Positions 25,160-35,800 of a DNA stretch of 64,000 nt are shown piece by piece. Below the pieces are notes generated by a model that saw nothing but the letters and a program-made list of their open reading frames with translations, searched no databases and was not told the DNA's origin. This DNA comes from Candidatus Peribacteria bacterium. GTDB taxonomy: Bacteria > Patescibacteriota > Gracilibacteria > Peribacterales > Peribacteraceae. Both the position numbers and the translations under genes were made by a program. Location of the stretch: the NCBI GenBank assembly GCA_020632295.1, contig JACKFU010000001.1:601442-665441 (forward strand), given 5' to 3'. The first letter of the stretch is position 1, and every line of letters starts with the position of its first letter.

Positions 25160-28100
25160 GCATCCTGCAGCGTCGCCATGGGCAAATGCTTCTCGAGGTC
25201 GTGGTGGCCATGGGTATTCTTGTGCTGTTTGTCACGGCATTTATCAGCCTGATTCTCGGGGCGTACGATGGCGGCAGAAAAGCGCGTGAGCGAACAGAAG
25301 CGTCGTACATTGCTTGGGAAGGACTTGAGATGGTGCGCAGTATCGCTCGCGATCGGTTTGACGATATAGCTGAAGGGACATTCGGTGTTTTCGAGCTTGA
25401 TGGTGCTTTTGTCCTTTCTGGCGCCCTAACGATTCATGGGCAGTATGAACGTGAGATGATGCTGTCTCATCCCAAAGAGGACTCCTCAACGTGGATCGCA
25501 GAGTCGACCGTGTCGTGGGGCGGCAGATCACTCACGCTCACGTCTGCATTTACGGACTGGAGGCGCCCACGGTGGCGCTTTGATCTTCTCAATAAAGGAG
25601 ATGAAGGACTTGTGCATGCAACAGAGTCACTTGGTTCGGGTGGCATTGCCTTCCGTGGACAAGGGGATCTTTCGTTGCCGCATGTGTTTTACGAAGAAGG
25701 TCTCTTTGATGGGGTCACCGTTCGTGACCTTGAGGTGGATGCAAATGAAGACCGTCTCTATGTTCTCTCGCAGCTCAATGCACAGGGGCCAGAGTTTGCC
25801 GCGTTCGACCTTTCTAATATCTCTCAGCAAGATTTACCGTACATCGATGGCACGGAGCTGAATGCTGATGGTGTGAAGTTTGTTATGGGAGAGGAGTATG
25901 CGTATGTGCTTACTGCACATGGCGATCGGGATATCATCAAAATTCGCCTCTCCGATTTTGGTACAGCGGCTACCTGGGACATTCTCCGTGCAGCAAAGCC
26001 AATTGATATGGCAATTGATGAGACGCGTGGCAAAGCTTATGTTCTCACCAATCGATTAGAGCAAGGGAAGAGTGTCTCTGCTCTCCCACCGGAGATTGCA
26101 ACTACAGGCTTCTTTGTCGAAGAAGCGTATGCACAGGGGGTGCCAACGTGTAACGGCCAGACAGCAACTATCTACGTTGATGGCAGCAATAATATTGTCT
26201 CCACTGTCGCCAAGGATAACGGCGATCCATACACCGGGACACTAACGGGTAGTAACAGTGCAGACGTGATTGTTGGAACGTCGGGCAATGATATTATCAA
26301 TGCAAAGAATGGTGACGATATTATCTGTGGAGGTGACGGTAACGATACCATTGATGGTGGCAATAACAACGATACGATTTTTGGTGAGGGAGGAGCTGAT
26401 ATCATCACAACAGGCAATGGTGTGAATATCGTGTGTGGTGGCTCAGGAAACGATACGATTACTGGTGGTAACAGTACCGATAGTCTTGCCGGTGGCGATG
26501 GGACAGATACCCTCAACGGTAGTACCGGAACGGATATTTGCCGTGAAGGTGAAGTAAATACAGGGTGCGAAGATACGACGAGTGCTATTGCCACCTGTGG
26601 TGTTTCCGCCTCGGATACTACATCACCGACAATCAGTACACTGTCGCCTGCAGATGATGCAACAGATATCGATGTGACGACAAATCTCGTCATTACTTTT
26701 AACGAGAATGTGAATGTCGAAACGGGAAACATTACGATTTACAAGAGTGACAGCACACAGGTAGAGCAAATTGCTGTGACCTCGGGGCAGGTAACGGGGG
26801 ATGGGACGGCAACAATTACGATTAATCCGTCATCCGACCTTACGGCAGCAACGTCGTACTACGTGCAAATCGACGCAACGGCGTTCGATGACTTAGCTGG
26901 CAACTCCTACGCGGGAATCAGTAATACGACGAGTTGGACGTTTACAACAGCAGCTAGCTGCACGCCAGATCCGCTTCCAACCTGTAACGGGCTGACGGCA
27001 ACGGTGTACGTTGATAACTGTGGCAACATGGTGGGTGGTACTGATGATGGCAATGCATATTCCGGTACGATTAATGGTTCGCAGAGTATTGACGATGTCA
27101 TTGTCGGAACCAGTAGTGTAGATACCATCGATGGTAAGAGTGGCGATGATACAATTTGCGGTGGCAATGGAAACGACGATATTACAGCAGGGTCAGGTAA
27201 TGACACTGTCTTTGGAGAAGGTGGCAACGATACGATTACTGGCGAAGGTGGTGATGACATTATGTGTGGAGGAGAGGGGGATGATGACTTAACCGGAGCA
27301 GGTGGAAACGACCAACTGGATGGTGGACCTGGTACCGATACGATTGATGGAACAGGCCAAACTGATATCTGTCGTAACGGAGAAAGTTACACAAACTGTG
27401 ATGATTTCTCATCAGCGATTACTGCCTGTGGAGTCGCTGCCGATACAACTGCTCCAACCATTAGCACACTCTCTCCGGCAGACGATGCGACTGGCGTAGA
27501 CCCTGCATCGAATCTTGTGATTACCTTCAGTGAAGAGATATCTGTTGAAACCGGAAATATTTCTATTTACAGAACATCCAATGATTCACTCATTGAGGCG
27601 ATTGATGTGACGTCTGGACAAGTGACGGGGGATGGCACAACGAGCATTACCATCAACCCAACATCAGATCTGCTTACCGGTATTGAATACTATATTAAAA
27701 TTGATAGCACTGCATTCGACGACCTAGCTGCCAACAGCTTTGCCGGGATTAGTGATACGACTAGCTGGAGCTTTACGACCTCTGGCTCTCCGCCAGATGA
27801 GACGGCACCAACCGTGAGTTCCTACTCGCCGACGAGTGGTGCTACGGGTGTTTCCGTATCGACAAACCTCGTTCTGACGTTTAGTGAATCTGTCACTATT
27901 GTTTCAGGGAATGTTGCCATCTACGATTCGTCAGATACGCTTGTAGAAGCCATTTCTGTGACTTCAGGGCAGGTGACGGGCAGTGGGACGGATACGATTA
28001 CCATTAATCCAACATCTGATTTATCGCTCTCTACATCGTACTATGTTCTTATTGATGGCACTGCGTTCGATGATCTTGCAGGGAATAGTTACGTTGGTAT

Positions 28101-29484
28101 TGGCAGTACGTCTACATGGACGTTTACGACGACTACCACAAACGACACTACTCCTCCTTCCATCGGTTCACTCTCACCATCTGATGATAGTACCGGTGCT
28201 TCTTACAATACTGATCTAACGATTACGTTCGATGAGGAAGTGACCATTGTCAGTGGGAATATTACTATCTATCAATCTGATGGAACGGTGTACGAAACAA
28301 TTGATGTGACGTCTGCACAGGTCAGTGGCAGTGGCACAACTACTATCACCATTAACCCAGGTACAGACTTTGTTGCAGGTTCAGGGTACTACATTCAGAT
28401 TGATGCAACAGCATTCGATGACCTTGCCGGAAATTCCTTCGCAGGCATTACTAATGCGACAACGTGGAACTTTACAACGGGAGTTACGTCATCCTCATCT
28501 TCATCGTCCTCGAGCTCGTCGAGTGTTCCTTCTGGAAGAACAAAGTTGCCACCTCCAAGTCAAAAACTCTATGTCATTGATATTTCCGGTGAAAATAGTA
28601 GTGATATTGCTGATGCAACGGTGGTGAAAGAAGTAGATATTGGTGCTGCCAGACGCATAGAGATAGCCGGTGGATACGCCTACATTCTTACAGATAATGG
28701 TGGTGCAGAGCTCTCGATTATGAACTTGAGTTCGTACGAGGTGACCAAATGCGATCTTCTGGGAGACCAACTACCAAACGATCTCTTCATAGATGGAACG
28801 ACACTCTACATCTCCAGAAATAGCGGCGTCTTTGAGGAGTTTGTTGGTTATAAGATTAATCCGTCGGATCCCGATAGTTGCGAGTACATCAATGACCATC
28901 AGAATCTTGCAGTGGAGATGGGCAACGACGGGCGTGCCTTTACTGTTCTCTCAGATAGAGAACTTGCGTTTGTTCTTGCAGGATTCGGTCTCAGTGATTT
29001 TCATGTTATTGATCTCAAAAAAGAACAAACCCTACCTCTCTCTCCATTTTCCAATGAAGATGGTCTCTGCGACGTCGCTAGTACGGTTGGGTCCTATGTC
29101 TTTACCGGGTGCAGAGGCGATGGTGGTGTCACCGTGTTTGAAGGGGACACTAATGTATCCGACTACTTCCTCTGGGGAACGTATACCGCTCCACCGTTCT
29201 CGCTTGGAGAGTATGCTTCACAAATTCACAGCCTGAAATGGCAGGTGGAAGGAGACGGGGAAGTGTTGCTGCGTGTTCGTTCGGCAAACTCAGAAGAGGC
29301 ACTGCAGCAGGCGCAGTGGCATGGTCCCGATGGAAAGACGACATCCTTCTTTACTGATGCTTCTGGCCAAAGTCTTTCGCTTGATGAAAGCAGCGAAGGG
29401 ACATTTGTTCAGTGGAAGGCGTACTTTAAGAAAACCGGTAACGATACTCCGATACTTAAAAATGTTATTCTTTCGTTTGAATGA
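25156..29484 (+). CDS. Giant pilin-leader adhesin: minor-pilin-like N-terminus, propeller-like repeats, 2 RTX-like Ca-binding blocks, 4 Ig-like modules
   Basis: RRHG|QMLLEVVVAMGIL (Glu at +5). GGDGNDTIDGGNNNDTIFGEGGADII nonapeptide-like runs. Four copies of (T/P)PTISTLSPADDATG...ITFxE...GNITIY...VTSGQVTGDGT..ITINP...YY.QID..AFDDLAGNS. 12-Ser run. Confidence 0.85.
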   Translation: MSILQRRHGQMLLEVVVAMGILVLFVTAFISLILGAYDGGRKARERTEASYIAWEGLEMVRSIARDRFDDIAEGTFGVFELDGAFVLSGALTIHGQYEREMMLSHPKEDSSTWIAESTVSWGGRSLTLTSAFTDWRRPRWRFDLLNKGDEGLVHATESLGSGGIAFRGQGDLSLPHVFYEEGLFDGVTVRDLEVDANEDRLYVLSQLNAQGPEFAAFDLSNISQQDLPYIDGTELNADGVKFVMGEEYAYVLTAHGDRDIIKIRLSDFGTAATWDILRAAKPIDMAIDETRGKAYVLTNRLEQGKSVSALPPEIATTGFFVEEAYAQGVPTCNGQTATIYVDGSNNIVSTVAKDNGDPYTGTLTGSNSADVIVGTSGNDIINAKNGDDIICGGDGNDTIDGGNNNDTIFGEGGADIITTGNGVNIVCGGSGNDTITGGNSTDSLAGGDGTDTLNGSTGTDICREGEVNTGCEDTTSAIATCGVSASDTTSPTISTLSPADDATDIDVTTNLVITFNENVNVETGNITIYKSDSTQVEQIAVTSGQVTGDGTATITINPSSDLTAATSYYVQIDATAFDDLAGNSYAGISNTTSWTFTTAASCTPDPLPTCNGLTATVYVDNCGNMVGGTDDGNAYSGTINGSQSIDDVIVGTSSVDTIDGKSGDDTICGGNGNDDITAGSGNDTVFGEGGNDTITGEGGDDIMCGGEGDDDLTGAGGNDQLDGGPGTDTIDGTGQTDICRNGESYTNCDDFSSAITACGVAADTTAPTISTLSPADDATGVDPASNLVITFSEEISVETGNISIYRTSNDSLIEAIDVTSGQVTGDGTTSITINPTSDLLTGIEYYIKIDSTAFDDLAANSFAGISDTTSWSFTTSGSPPDETAPTVSSYSPTSGATGVSVSTNLVLTFSESVTIVSGNVAIYDSSDTLVEAISVTSGQVTGSGTDTITINPTSDLSLSTSYYVLIDGTAFDDLAGNSYVGIGSTSTWTFTTTTTNDTTPPSIGSLSPSDDSTGASYNTDLTITFDEEVTIVSGNITIYQSDGTVYETIDVTSAQVSGSGTTTITINPGTDFVAGSGYYIQIDATAFDDLAGNSFAGITNATTWNFTTGVTSSSSSSSSSSSSVPSGRTKLPPPSQKLYVIDISGENSSDIADATVVKEVDIGAARRIEIAGGYAYILTDNGGAELSIMNLSSYEVTKCDLLGDQLPNDLFIDGTTLYISRNSGVFEEFVGYKINPSDPDSCEYINDHQNLAVEMGNDGRAFTVLSDRELAFVLAGFGLSDFHVIDLKKEQTLPLSPFSNEDGLCDVASTVGSYVFTGCRGDGGVTVFEGDTNVSDYFLWGTYTAPPFSLGEYASQIHSLKWQVEGDGEVLLRVRSANSEEALQQAQWHGPDGKTTSFFTDASGQSLSLDESSEGTFVQWKAYFKKTGNDTPILKNVILSFE

Positions 29485-29951
29485 GAACCCTTACTTCAAG
29501 ATACGGCTTTACCCTCTTAGAGCTGATTGTGTACGTGGGCATTACAGCACTCGTGGTTGTCTCGCTGACAAATGTCATGATTACAGTGTTTGAGACACGG
29601 GAGCGGACAGAGGGCGTCAGTGAAGTGCAGCAGACTGGTCGGTTTCTCTTCGATCGTATTCGTGCATCTGCTCTTGCTGCCGCCACATTTGAAGGAACGA
29701 CATCAGATCGTCTTGTTCTTAACATGCCAGAAGGCGTTTTGGGCCCCATTGTTTTTTCAGTGAGTGAGGGTGTTGTCTATACAAGAACTGGGGAGAAGCC
29801 AGCGGAAGCACTTACGTCATCACTGGTGACAGTCGACGCACTCATTTTTACTGTTGTTCATGATACTGTCTTACAAATTGATCTGACTATTTCTGATGCA
29901 AAAGAGGATTCGATGACGTTGCATACATCCCATTCTCTCCGCTTACTATGA
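29481..29951 (+). CDS. Pseudopilin / minor pilin
   Basis: SRYG|FTLLELIVYVGITALVV. Confidence 0.8.
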   Translation: MRTLTSRYGFTLLELIVYVGITALVVVSLTNVMITVFETRERTEGVSEVQQTGRFLFDRIRASALAAATFEGTTSDRLVLNMPEGVLGPIVFSVSEGVVYTRTGEKPAEALTSSLVTVDALIFTVVHDTVLQIDLTISDAKEDSMTLHTSHSLRLL

Positions 29952-30337
29952 TGAAAACGTCCAATAGACCCGGCGCAATGCTCCTCATTACCGTCATGAT
30001 TATGGGTGCAGTTGCACTACTCATTGGTATGAGTTTGGCACTTCGGGGTATTGGGGAAATGGAGATGAGTTTTAGTTCGTCTCAGGCACTCAAAACGCAG
30101 GCCGTGCTCGATGGATGTATGGAGGAAGTGCTTATGCAAGTATGGGGTGATAGTTCCTATCGAGGAGGAACAATTTCCCTTGGAGAAGGGGAGTGCGTTG
30201 TGACGATTATCCCCGAAGATGACATCAAGATCGTTTCCATTCATGCGCATATCGGTAAGTGGGAACAGACGCTACAGGCGCGCGTTGATTCTGAATCAAT
30301 TGGCATGCAACTTCTTGAGTGGCGACAGGGGCAGTAA
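29948..30337 (+). CDS. PilX-like minor pilin (no Glu+5)
   Basis: NRPGAMLLITVMIMGAVALLIG hydrophobic N-terminus. Position in the pilin block. Confidence 0.55.
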   Translation: MMKTSNRPGAMLLITVMIMGAVALLIGMSLALRGIGEMEMSFSSSQALKTQAVLDGCMEEVLMQVWGDSSYRGGTISLGEGECVVTIIPEDDIKIVSIHAHIGKWEQTLQARVDSESIGMQLLEWRQGQ

Positions 30338-30362
30338 ATACTGTATACTCGATGCACCTTCC

Positions 30363-31355
30363 ATGTTTGCTCTTCAGTGTAGTCCGTCGGTCATTCGTGC
30401 TGCTGCTGCAAAGCGCAGTGGCAGTAACCTTGCAGTGCATGCGCGTGCTGAGAAGAAAATTTCAGGCGACATCTTTCAGGCAGGAGGCATTGCGGATACA
30501 GAAAAAGCACTCGAGGCGCTTCAGGAGCTTATGAAGATGCTCAAGATAAAGCGTGGTGCAGTGACACTTTGTGTCTCACCGAGAATGCTTTATACGACGC
30601 TTATTCGTGTTCCCAAAACTCGTCGACAACTCGCTGCCGCTGTTCGCGGAGAGCTGGAGGCAGTGTTGCCGGTGCCCATTGAGACGATGGATGTTCACTT
30701 TACGCAAGTTCGTCATGATGAGCAGGGATTGCGCATTGCCATCACTGCAGTTTCGAAGGATGCATTTGGTACATATCAATCGCTTTTAAAAGATGCAGGG
30801 CTTACCCTCAAGGGTGTGACGACAACAGGTCTTGCACTTGGTAATATGGTGAAAGAGGATTCATTTTTGCTGATTAATGCAGAAGACCCTGAACCGAGTA
30901 TCGTTGTTTTTTATGGTGGGAAACCTGTTGATGAGCATTTGCTTTCCTCGGTAGCAGTCAAGAATGTTCTTTCAGATACAAAAGCACTCCTCGATGAGTA
31001 TGCAGCAGATGGCATGCCCATTCAGCATATCGCTGTGCATGGCACTAAAGAACTGAGCGAGAAGGTTGAGGATGCCTTTACCCCGAAGAAGAGTCCGAAA
31101 GACAAACGAGAGGAAATTGAGCAGGCAACTACTGTGGAACGTCTCCTCCCAAATTTAGCAAAAAGTGATCTTGAATGGGGAGGTGTTATTATTTCTAGCC
31201 TTGGAAGGGGAATTGATATTCGCAAAGGATTTTCCAGAGGTACAATGCTGCAATATGTTCTTATGCTCACGTTTTTTACAGCAGCAGCCTACTTTTTTTG
31301 GATAGTGGGCTCACAGCAGATTCTTGGGATCTGGAGTGATTTGACTAGTCTTTAG
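30363..31355 (+). CDS. PilM-like pilus assembly protein with C-terminal TM (PilN-like) segment
   Basis: ATG at 30363. Actin-like fold pattern is weak. C-terminal [23 protein letters not shown]. Operon context. Confidence 0.5.
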   Translation: MFALQCSPSVIRAAAAKRSGSNLAVHARAEKKISGDIFQAGGIADTEKALEALQELMKMLKIKRGAVTLCVSPRMLYTTLIRVPKTRRQLAAAVRGELEAVLPVPIETMDVHFTQVRHDEQGLRIAITAVSKDAFGTYQSLLKDAGLTLKGVTTTGLALGNMVKEDSFLLINAEDPEPSIVVFYGGKPVDEHLLSSVAVKNVLSDTKALLDEYAADGMPIQHIAVHGTKELSEKVEDAFTPKKSPKDKREEIEQATTVERLLPNLAKSDLEWGGVIISSLGRGIDIRKGFSRGTMLQYVLMLTFFTAAAYFFWIVGSQQILGIWSDLTSL

Positions 31356-31372
31356 TGCTAGGATCTCTTTCC

Positions 31373-32245
31373 ATGGAGAATAGAAACACCTTAGGCGAGC
31401 AGTTTGCCACTATGTTCAAAGGTGGTGTCATTATGGACGTGGTTACCCCAGAGCAAGCTCGTATAGCAGAGCAAGCTGGTGCGTGTGCTGTAATGGCTCT
31501 GGAACGCGTCCCGTCAGATATTCGAAAAGAGGGTGGTGTTGCGCGCATGAGTGACCCAAAGCTTATTAAAGAGATTAAAGCTGCAGTGTCTATTCCTGTC
31601 ATGGCTAAGGTGCGCATTGGTCATACCGCAGAGGCACGTATTCTTCAGGCACTGGAAGTCGACTATATCGACGAAAGTGAGGTGCTGACTCCTGCAGATC
31701 CATTTAGTCATATTGATAAGTCACAGTTCACGATTCCGTTTGTCTGTGGAGCAACGAACCTTGGCGAAGCACTCAGGCGTATTCAGGAAGGTGCTGCGAT
31801 GATTCGTACCAAAGGAGAGGCCGGAACAGGGAATGTCATTGAGGCTGTCCGTCATCTTAAGGAGATTACGCAGCAGATTGTGGATCTTACGACGGTGTCT
31901 CTCTCAGAGAGATCCCTCTTTGCAGAGCGTGAACGTGTAGCACTAGATCTTGTCGATCGCATTGTAGAGCTGAAGCGACTCCCAGTCGTCACCTTTGTTG
32001 CCGGAGGTATAGCAACTCCTGCAGATGCAGCATTGGTGATGGAACTTGGCGCAGAAGGTGTGTTTGTTGGTTCGGGTATCTTCAAGTCCGAGAATCCCGC
32101 TCAGCGTGCAGAAGCTATCGTGAAAGCAACGACGTACTGGCAAGACTCTGCAGTTCTTGCGGAGGTTTCTGAGGGGTTGGGGGAAGCAATGAGTGGAATT
32201 GAGATCGATCAACTTGAAGAGACACTTGCCGAAAGAGGATGGTAA
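31373..32245 (+). CDS. pdxS: Pyridoxal 5'-phosphate synthase lyase subunit
   Basis: [38 protein letters not shown]... near-canonical PdxS. Confidence 0.95.
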   Translation: MENRNTLGEQFATMFKGGVIMDVVTPEQARIAEQAGACAVMALERVPSDIRKEGGVARMSDPKLIKEIKAAVSIPVMAKVRIGHTAEARILQALEVDYIDESEVLTPADPFSHIDKSQFTIPFVCGATNLGEALRRIQEGAAMIRTKGEAGTGNVIEAVRHLKEITQQIVDLTTVSLSERSLFAERERVALDLVDRIVELKRLPVVTFVAGGIATPADAALVMELGAEGVFVGSGIFKSENPAQRAEAIVKATTYWQDSAVLAEVSEGLGEAMSGIEIDQLEETLAERGW

Positions 32246-32790
32246 AAACAGTTGGAGTTTTAGCATTGCAGGGGAACTTTGAAGAGCATGGAGCTGTGCT
32301 TGATATGCTCAATTTGAATAAAATTTTTGTTCGAACTTTAGCAGATCTCCAAGCGGTCGATTGCCTTATCCTTCCTGGTGGTGAGAGCACGGTTATGATG
32401 AAGTTGCTCACAGAGTCGGGACTCGATGAGCAGATTAAGCAGCGTGTACTATCTGGTATGCCAGTTCTTGGTACGTGTGCTGGTGCTGTTCTTCTTTCGG
32501 ACACTCATCTGAATCTGCTTGATATCTCTGTCGATCGCAATGCGTACGGTTCGCAAGTTCATAGTTTCATAAAAGCCATTCATATTGGTGATGACGTTAT
32601 TGATGTTTCGTTTATCCGTGCACCGATCATCACGAGAGTTGGACCATCAGTTACTGTGCTTGCATCACATCAGCATCATCCTGTAGCTGTTCAGCAACAT
32701 CATATTCTTGCGAGCACCTTTCATACAGAGCTAACCGGAGATACCATTCTCCACACGCTGCTTGCTCATGTGCGTTTGAATAAGGTTTGA
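32239..32790 (+). CDS. pdxT: Pyridoxal 5'-phosphate synthase glutaminase subunit
   Basis: [18 protein letters not shown] catalytic Cys, FHTE motifs. Confidence 0.93.
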   Translation: MVKTVGVLALQGNFEEHGAVLDMLNLNKIFVRTLADLQAVDCLILPGGESTVMMKLLTESGLDEQIKQRVLSGMPVLGTCAGAVLLSDTHLNLLDISVDRNAYGSQVHSFIKAIHIGDDVIDVSFIRAPIITRVGPSVTVLASHQHHPVAVQQHHILASTFHTELTGDTILHTLLAHVRLNKV

Positions 32791-32862
32791 GTTCATCAAA
32801 ACTAGAATTTGTGGCAAATCTATTGCACAGTGTATTCCTAGTTTGACATTCCACCCCTTCTT

Positions 32863-35800
32863 ATGAATGCAGCACGTCGATTGTTTATTTCCGTTGCGGT
32901 CGGGTCATCGTTTCTTATGCCCACTTCATCTTTTGCTCAAATATCTGTTGGTAGTATCGATTCATTCTTTGATATCTATCAGGATATTTCTCTACCAAAG
33001 GCGCCTGCTACACAATTTGATCATCCAGATTGTATAACTTGTGATGACATTGTGGACGCTATTATGGATACACAAGCAACATTGCAGCATCTCGGGGCAG
33101 AGGCAGATAAACTGCTTGCTCAGCATACAGTGTATCAGGGATTGATTCAGACGATGCAAGCAAGTCTTGCTTTGCTCGAGGCAGACCTCACTCGTATTCA
33201 GAGTGAAGATTTTGTTCGTGATGAAACCACCGGTGAAACTGAAACAGCGCGAAATCAGGCTGCTCGCAAAGCGTATAGAAATGATACCTATCAGCAATGG
33301 AAGGCTGGAGACATTAGTAGTGAAGAGAAGATGCAGCGCGATAGTCACAGCTACGAAATGACAGAGTCAGAGCTTGCAAAGTGGTATAAGAATGCCAAGG
33401 CCGATACAGAGAGTGAAATCAAGACGATGAAAGAACAAATCGAGTCTATGCAGGGGACTATTGATGATATTCTTGATGATCTTGAAGATGTTCTTGATGA
33501 CATAGAGGCAGGCGACGCAACGCTCTCTCAGCTCTTAGATGCCCTCGAGGACTGTTGGAAGATGTGCATTGATGGGCCAGTGTCCCTCAATGACTTAGAG
33601 ATTATGCCAGAGCCACTTCCGCCACTGCACGATGGCCCGTTTGGCAAAATACAGGATTGGATATTTGGCATACCAGACATTGCGTTAGTACCACCTTCAG
33701 ATCCATTCAATGTTGATTCATTCTTCGATATCTTTGTGGATATTCCACTACCGGAAGCTACCTGTCCCTTCTGCGACCCTTTGCGCAACCAAATTGCTGC
33801 AATGCAAAAAGATGCTACTGCATTGCAAACACGCCTTACTGCTATGAAAGCAGATCTTACGCAGGCTAATAGAGGTCTTGCACAAGCGGAGCGAGAGCTT
33901 GCAACAGCACAGCAAGCGTGGGATCGCATGAATTCCGATGACTTTGTAACAAACCATTCTACTGGAGTTACGGAGACCGCTCGCGATCAGGCGGCACGCA
34001 GAGAGTTCCGTAGAAATTCACACGATTACTCTCAAACGGGTTCAGACCTTACAGAGGCAGAACTTAATCGTTGGGCACAGAAGGCAGAAGCACGTCTTCA
34101 AGCGGAGCTTGCTGCTGCTAAGAAAATGGTCAATGCAGCACGAACCAAAACGAAGGGAATTCAGGATGCAATGCAGAATATTGCAGATCAACTGGCAGCA
34201 TCTCAGAAAGCATTGAGTGCACGTATGGAGTCACTTGCTCAATGCGAAGCATCGTGTAAAAACATGGATGAGCTTAATCGCACCCTCGAGGATGTATCTG
34301 TCCTCACTCCACCAACGTCATTTGAGCCAAGTGGTTACTTCTGCAGTATTCCAGTTATCCGTAGCGTGACCTGCGGCGAAGATGACAATGAGGGCTGGAT
34401 GTGCAATACATTTAATTTGTTCTGTCCAGAAGAGGAATTTTTCATTGATGATGCACTTGCCTGTATTACCGGTGCTTCATCCTCACTGTGTGATAGCATA
34501 GGAACAGAACCCCAGTTCTTTATTGAAGGTGCACTCGGCACGGAGTTTCCGCTGATTATTAGTGGTATGGACGGTGATATCAATGCGCTTCAGCATTGTC
34601 TTTCCAATGGCCCAGAAGATTGTACTGGTCTTGATTTCGGTCTCCCTGGAGAAGATATTCTCTTTGGAAACGATTTTCTTAATGCAGATCCTGGTGACTT
34701 TCACCTTGGTGTTCATGGGCCAAATGATGATGGTTTTTTACTCGGCGATCCCATTGATTCTGATCTTATCAATGTAGGAGGCGGTAGCAATGACATTCTC
34801 TTTGGTGGGCCAGTAGCCCTCTCTGATGACCTTATTGGCCCGGGCGATGACAGTATTCTTGGTGGCCCTCCGAGCGTCGATATTCTTGGTGACCCACCAC
34901 CACAGTCTGAACCAAGTGTGGCAAATGATCCTCGTGCACGTCAGGTTGCGCAAGCAGCTGTAGATGCATACTTACAGAGGAATCCTCTGCAACCTTGCGA
35001 GAAGCTGGTCGTGTCAGTCTCGCGTGTTCGTATCGGAAAACGGGTTCGGTATACGGTCAAAATTACCCGTGATCGAGATGAGGCACTCTGTCCTAAACAG
35101 TGCACGAAAGATGGTGGCTTTGAAAACATGGCAGCTTGCCAATCTGCTTGTCCAGATCCTTCACGTTGTGGATACGATGGTGGTACCTGTTGGCTCTGCA
35201 ACAGAGGAGACGAGAGCTCCTGCCAAAAGGATAATGGTTTTAACAGTATGGAAGCATGTCGTGCAGGTTGTAACAACCCAGAGTCCTGTGGTTATGATGG
35301 TAGTCTGTGTTACGTTTGTGGTCTGTATGATGATGACGATAGGGATCTTTGTAAGGATGTTGAGTGTGATGATGGCGATGAATGTACAGAGGATGCATGC
35401 AATCCAGATACAGGGGAGTGTACTAATACTCCTATTGATGGATGTGGTGATCCAGAGTGTGGAAATGGTGTAGTAGAAGCTGGAGAGGAGTGTGAATCGA
35501 ACGTTGATTGCAAGTTTGATCAACAGTGCAATCCAGAGTCATGCGCATGTGAGCGTATGGAGATTATTTCCAATGCTAAGTGTCCAGACCTTTCCTACGC
35601 TACGCAAAATGAATGCAGACAGGCATGTAGTGGCTCTTGTCAGTACAAACAGTATGAAGATATTTGGTGCTTCTTCTGCTACTCAGAAGATTTGTGGGGT
35701 GGCTCATCAAGTTCCAAGCGGTCGGTTGATGAACAATGTGACAGTCCAATGAAGAAGAAAGCAGATTGTGAGCGTAGTTGTGATGGCAAGTGTCACAAGT

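Noticed and set aside
28489-28524. Poly-Ser tracts (here and about 12890-12945) as slippage-prone repeats
   Set aside because: They are encoded by mixed Ser codons (TCA/TCC/TCT/TCG/AGC/AGT), so there is no nucleotide-level homopolymeric or short tandem repeat.
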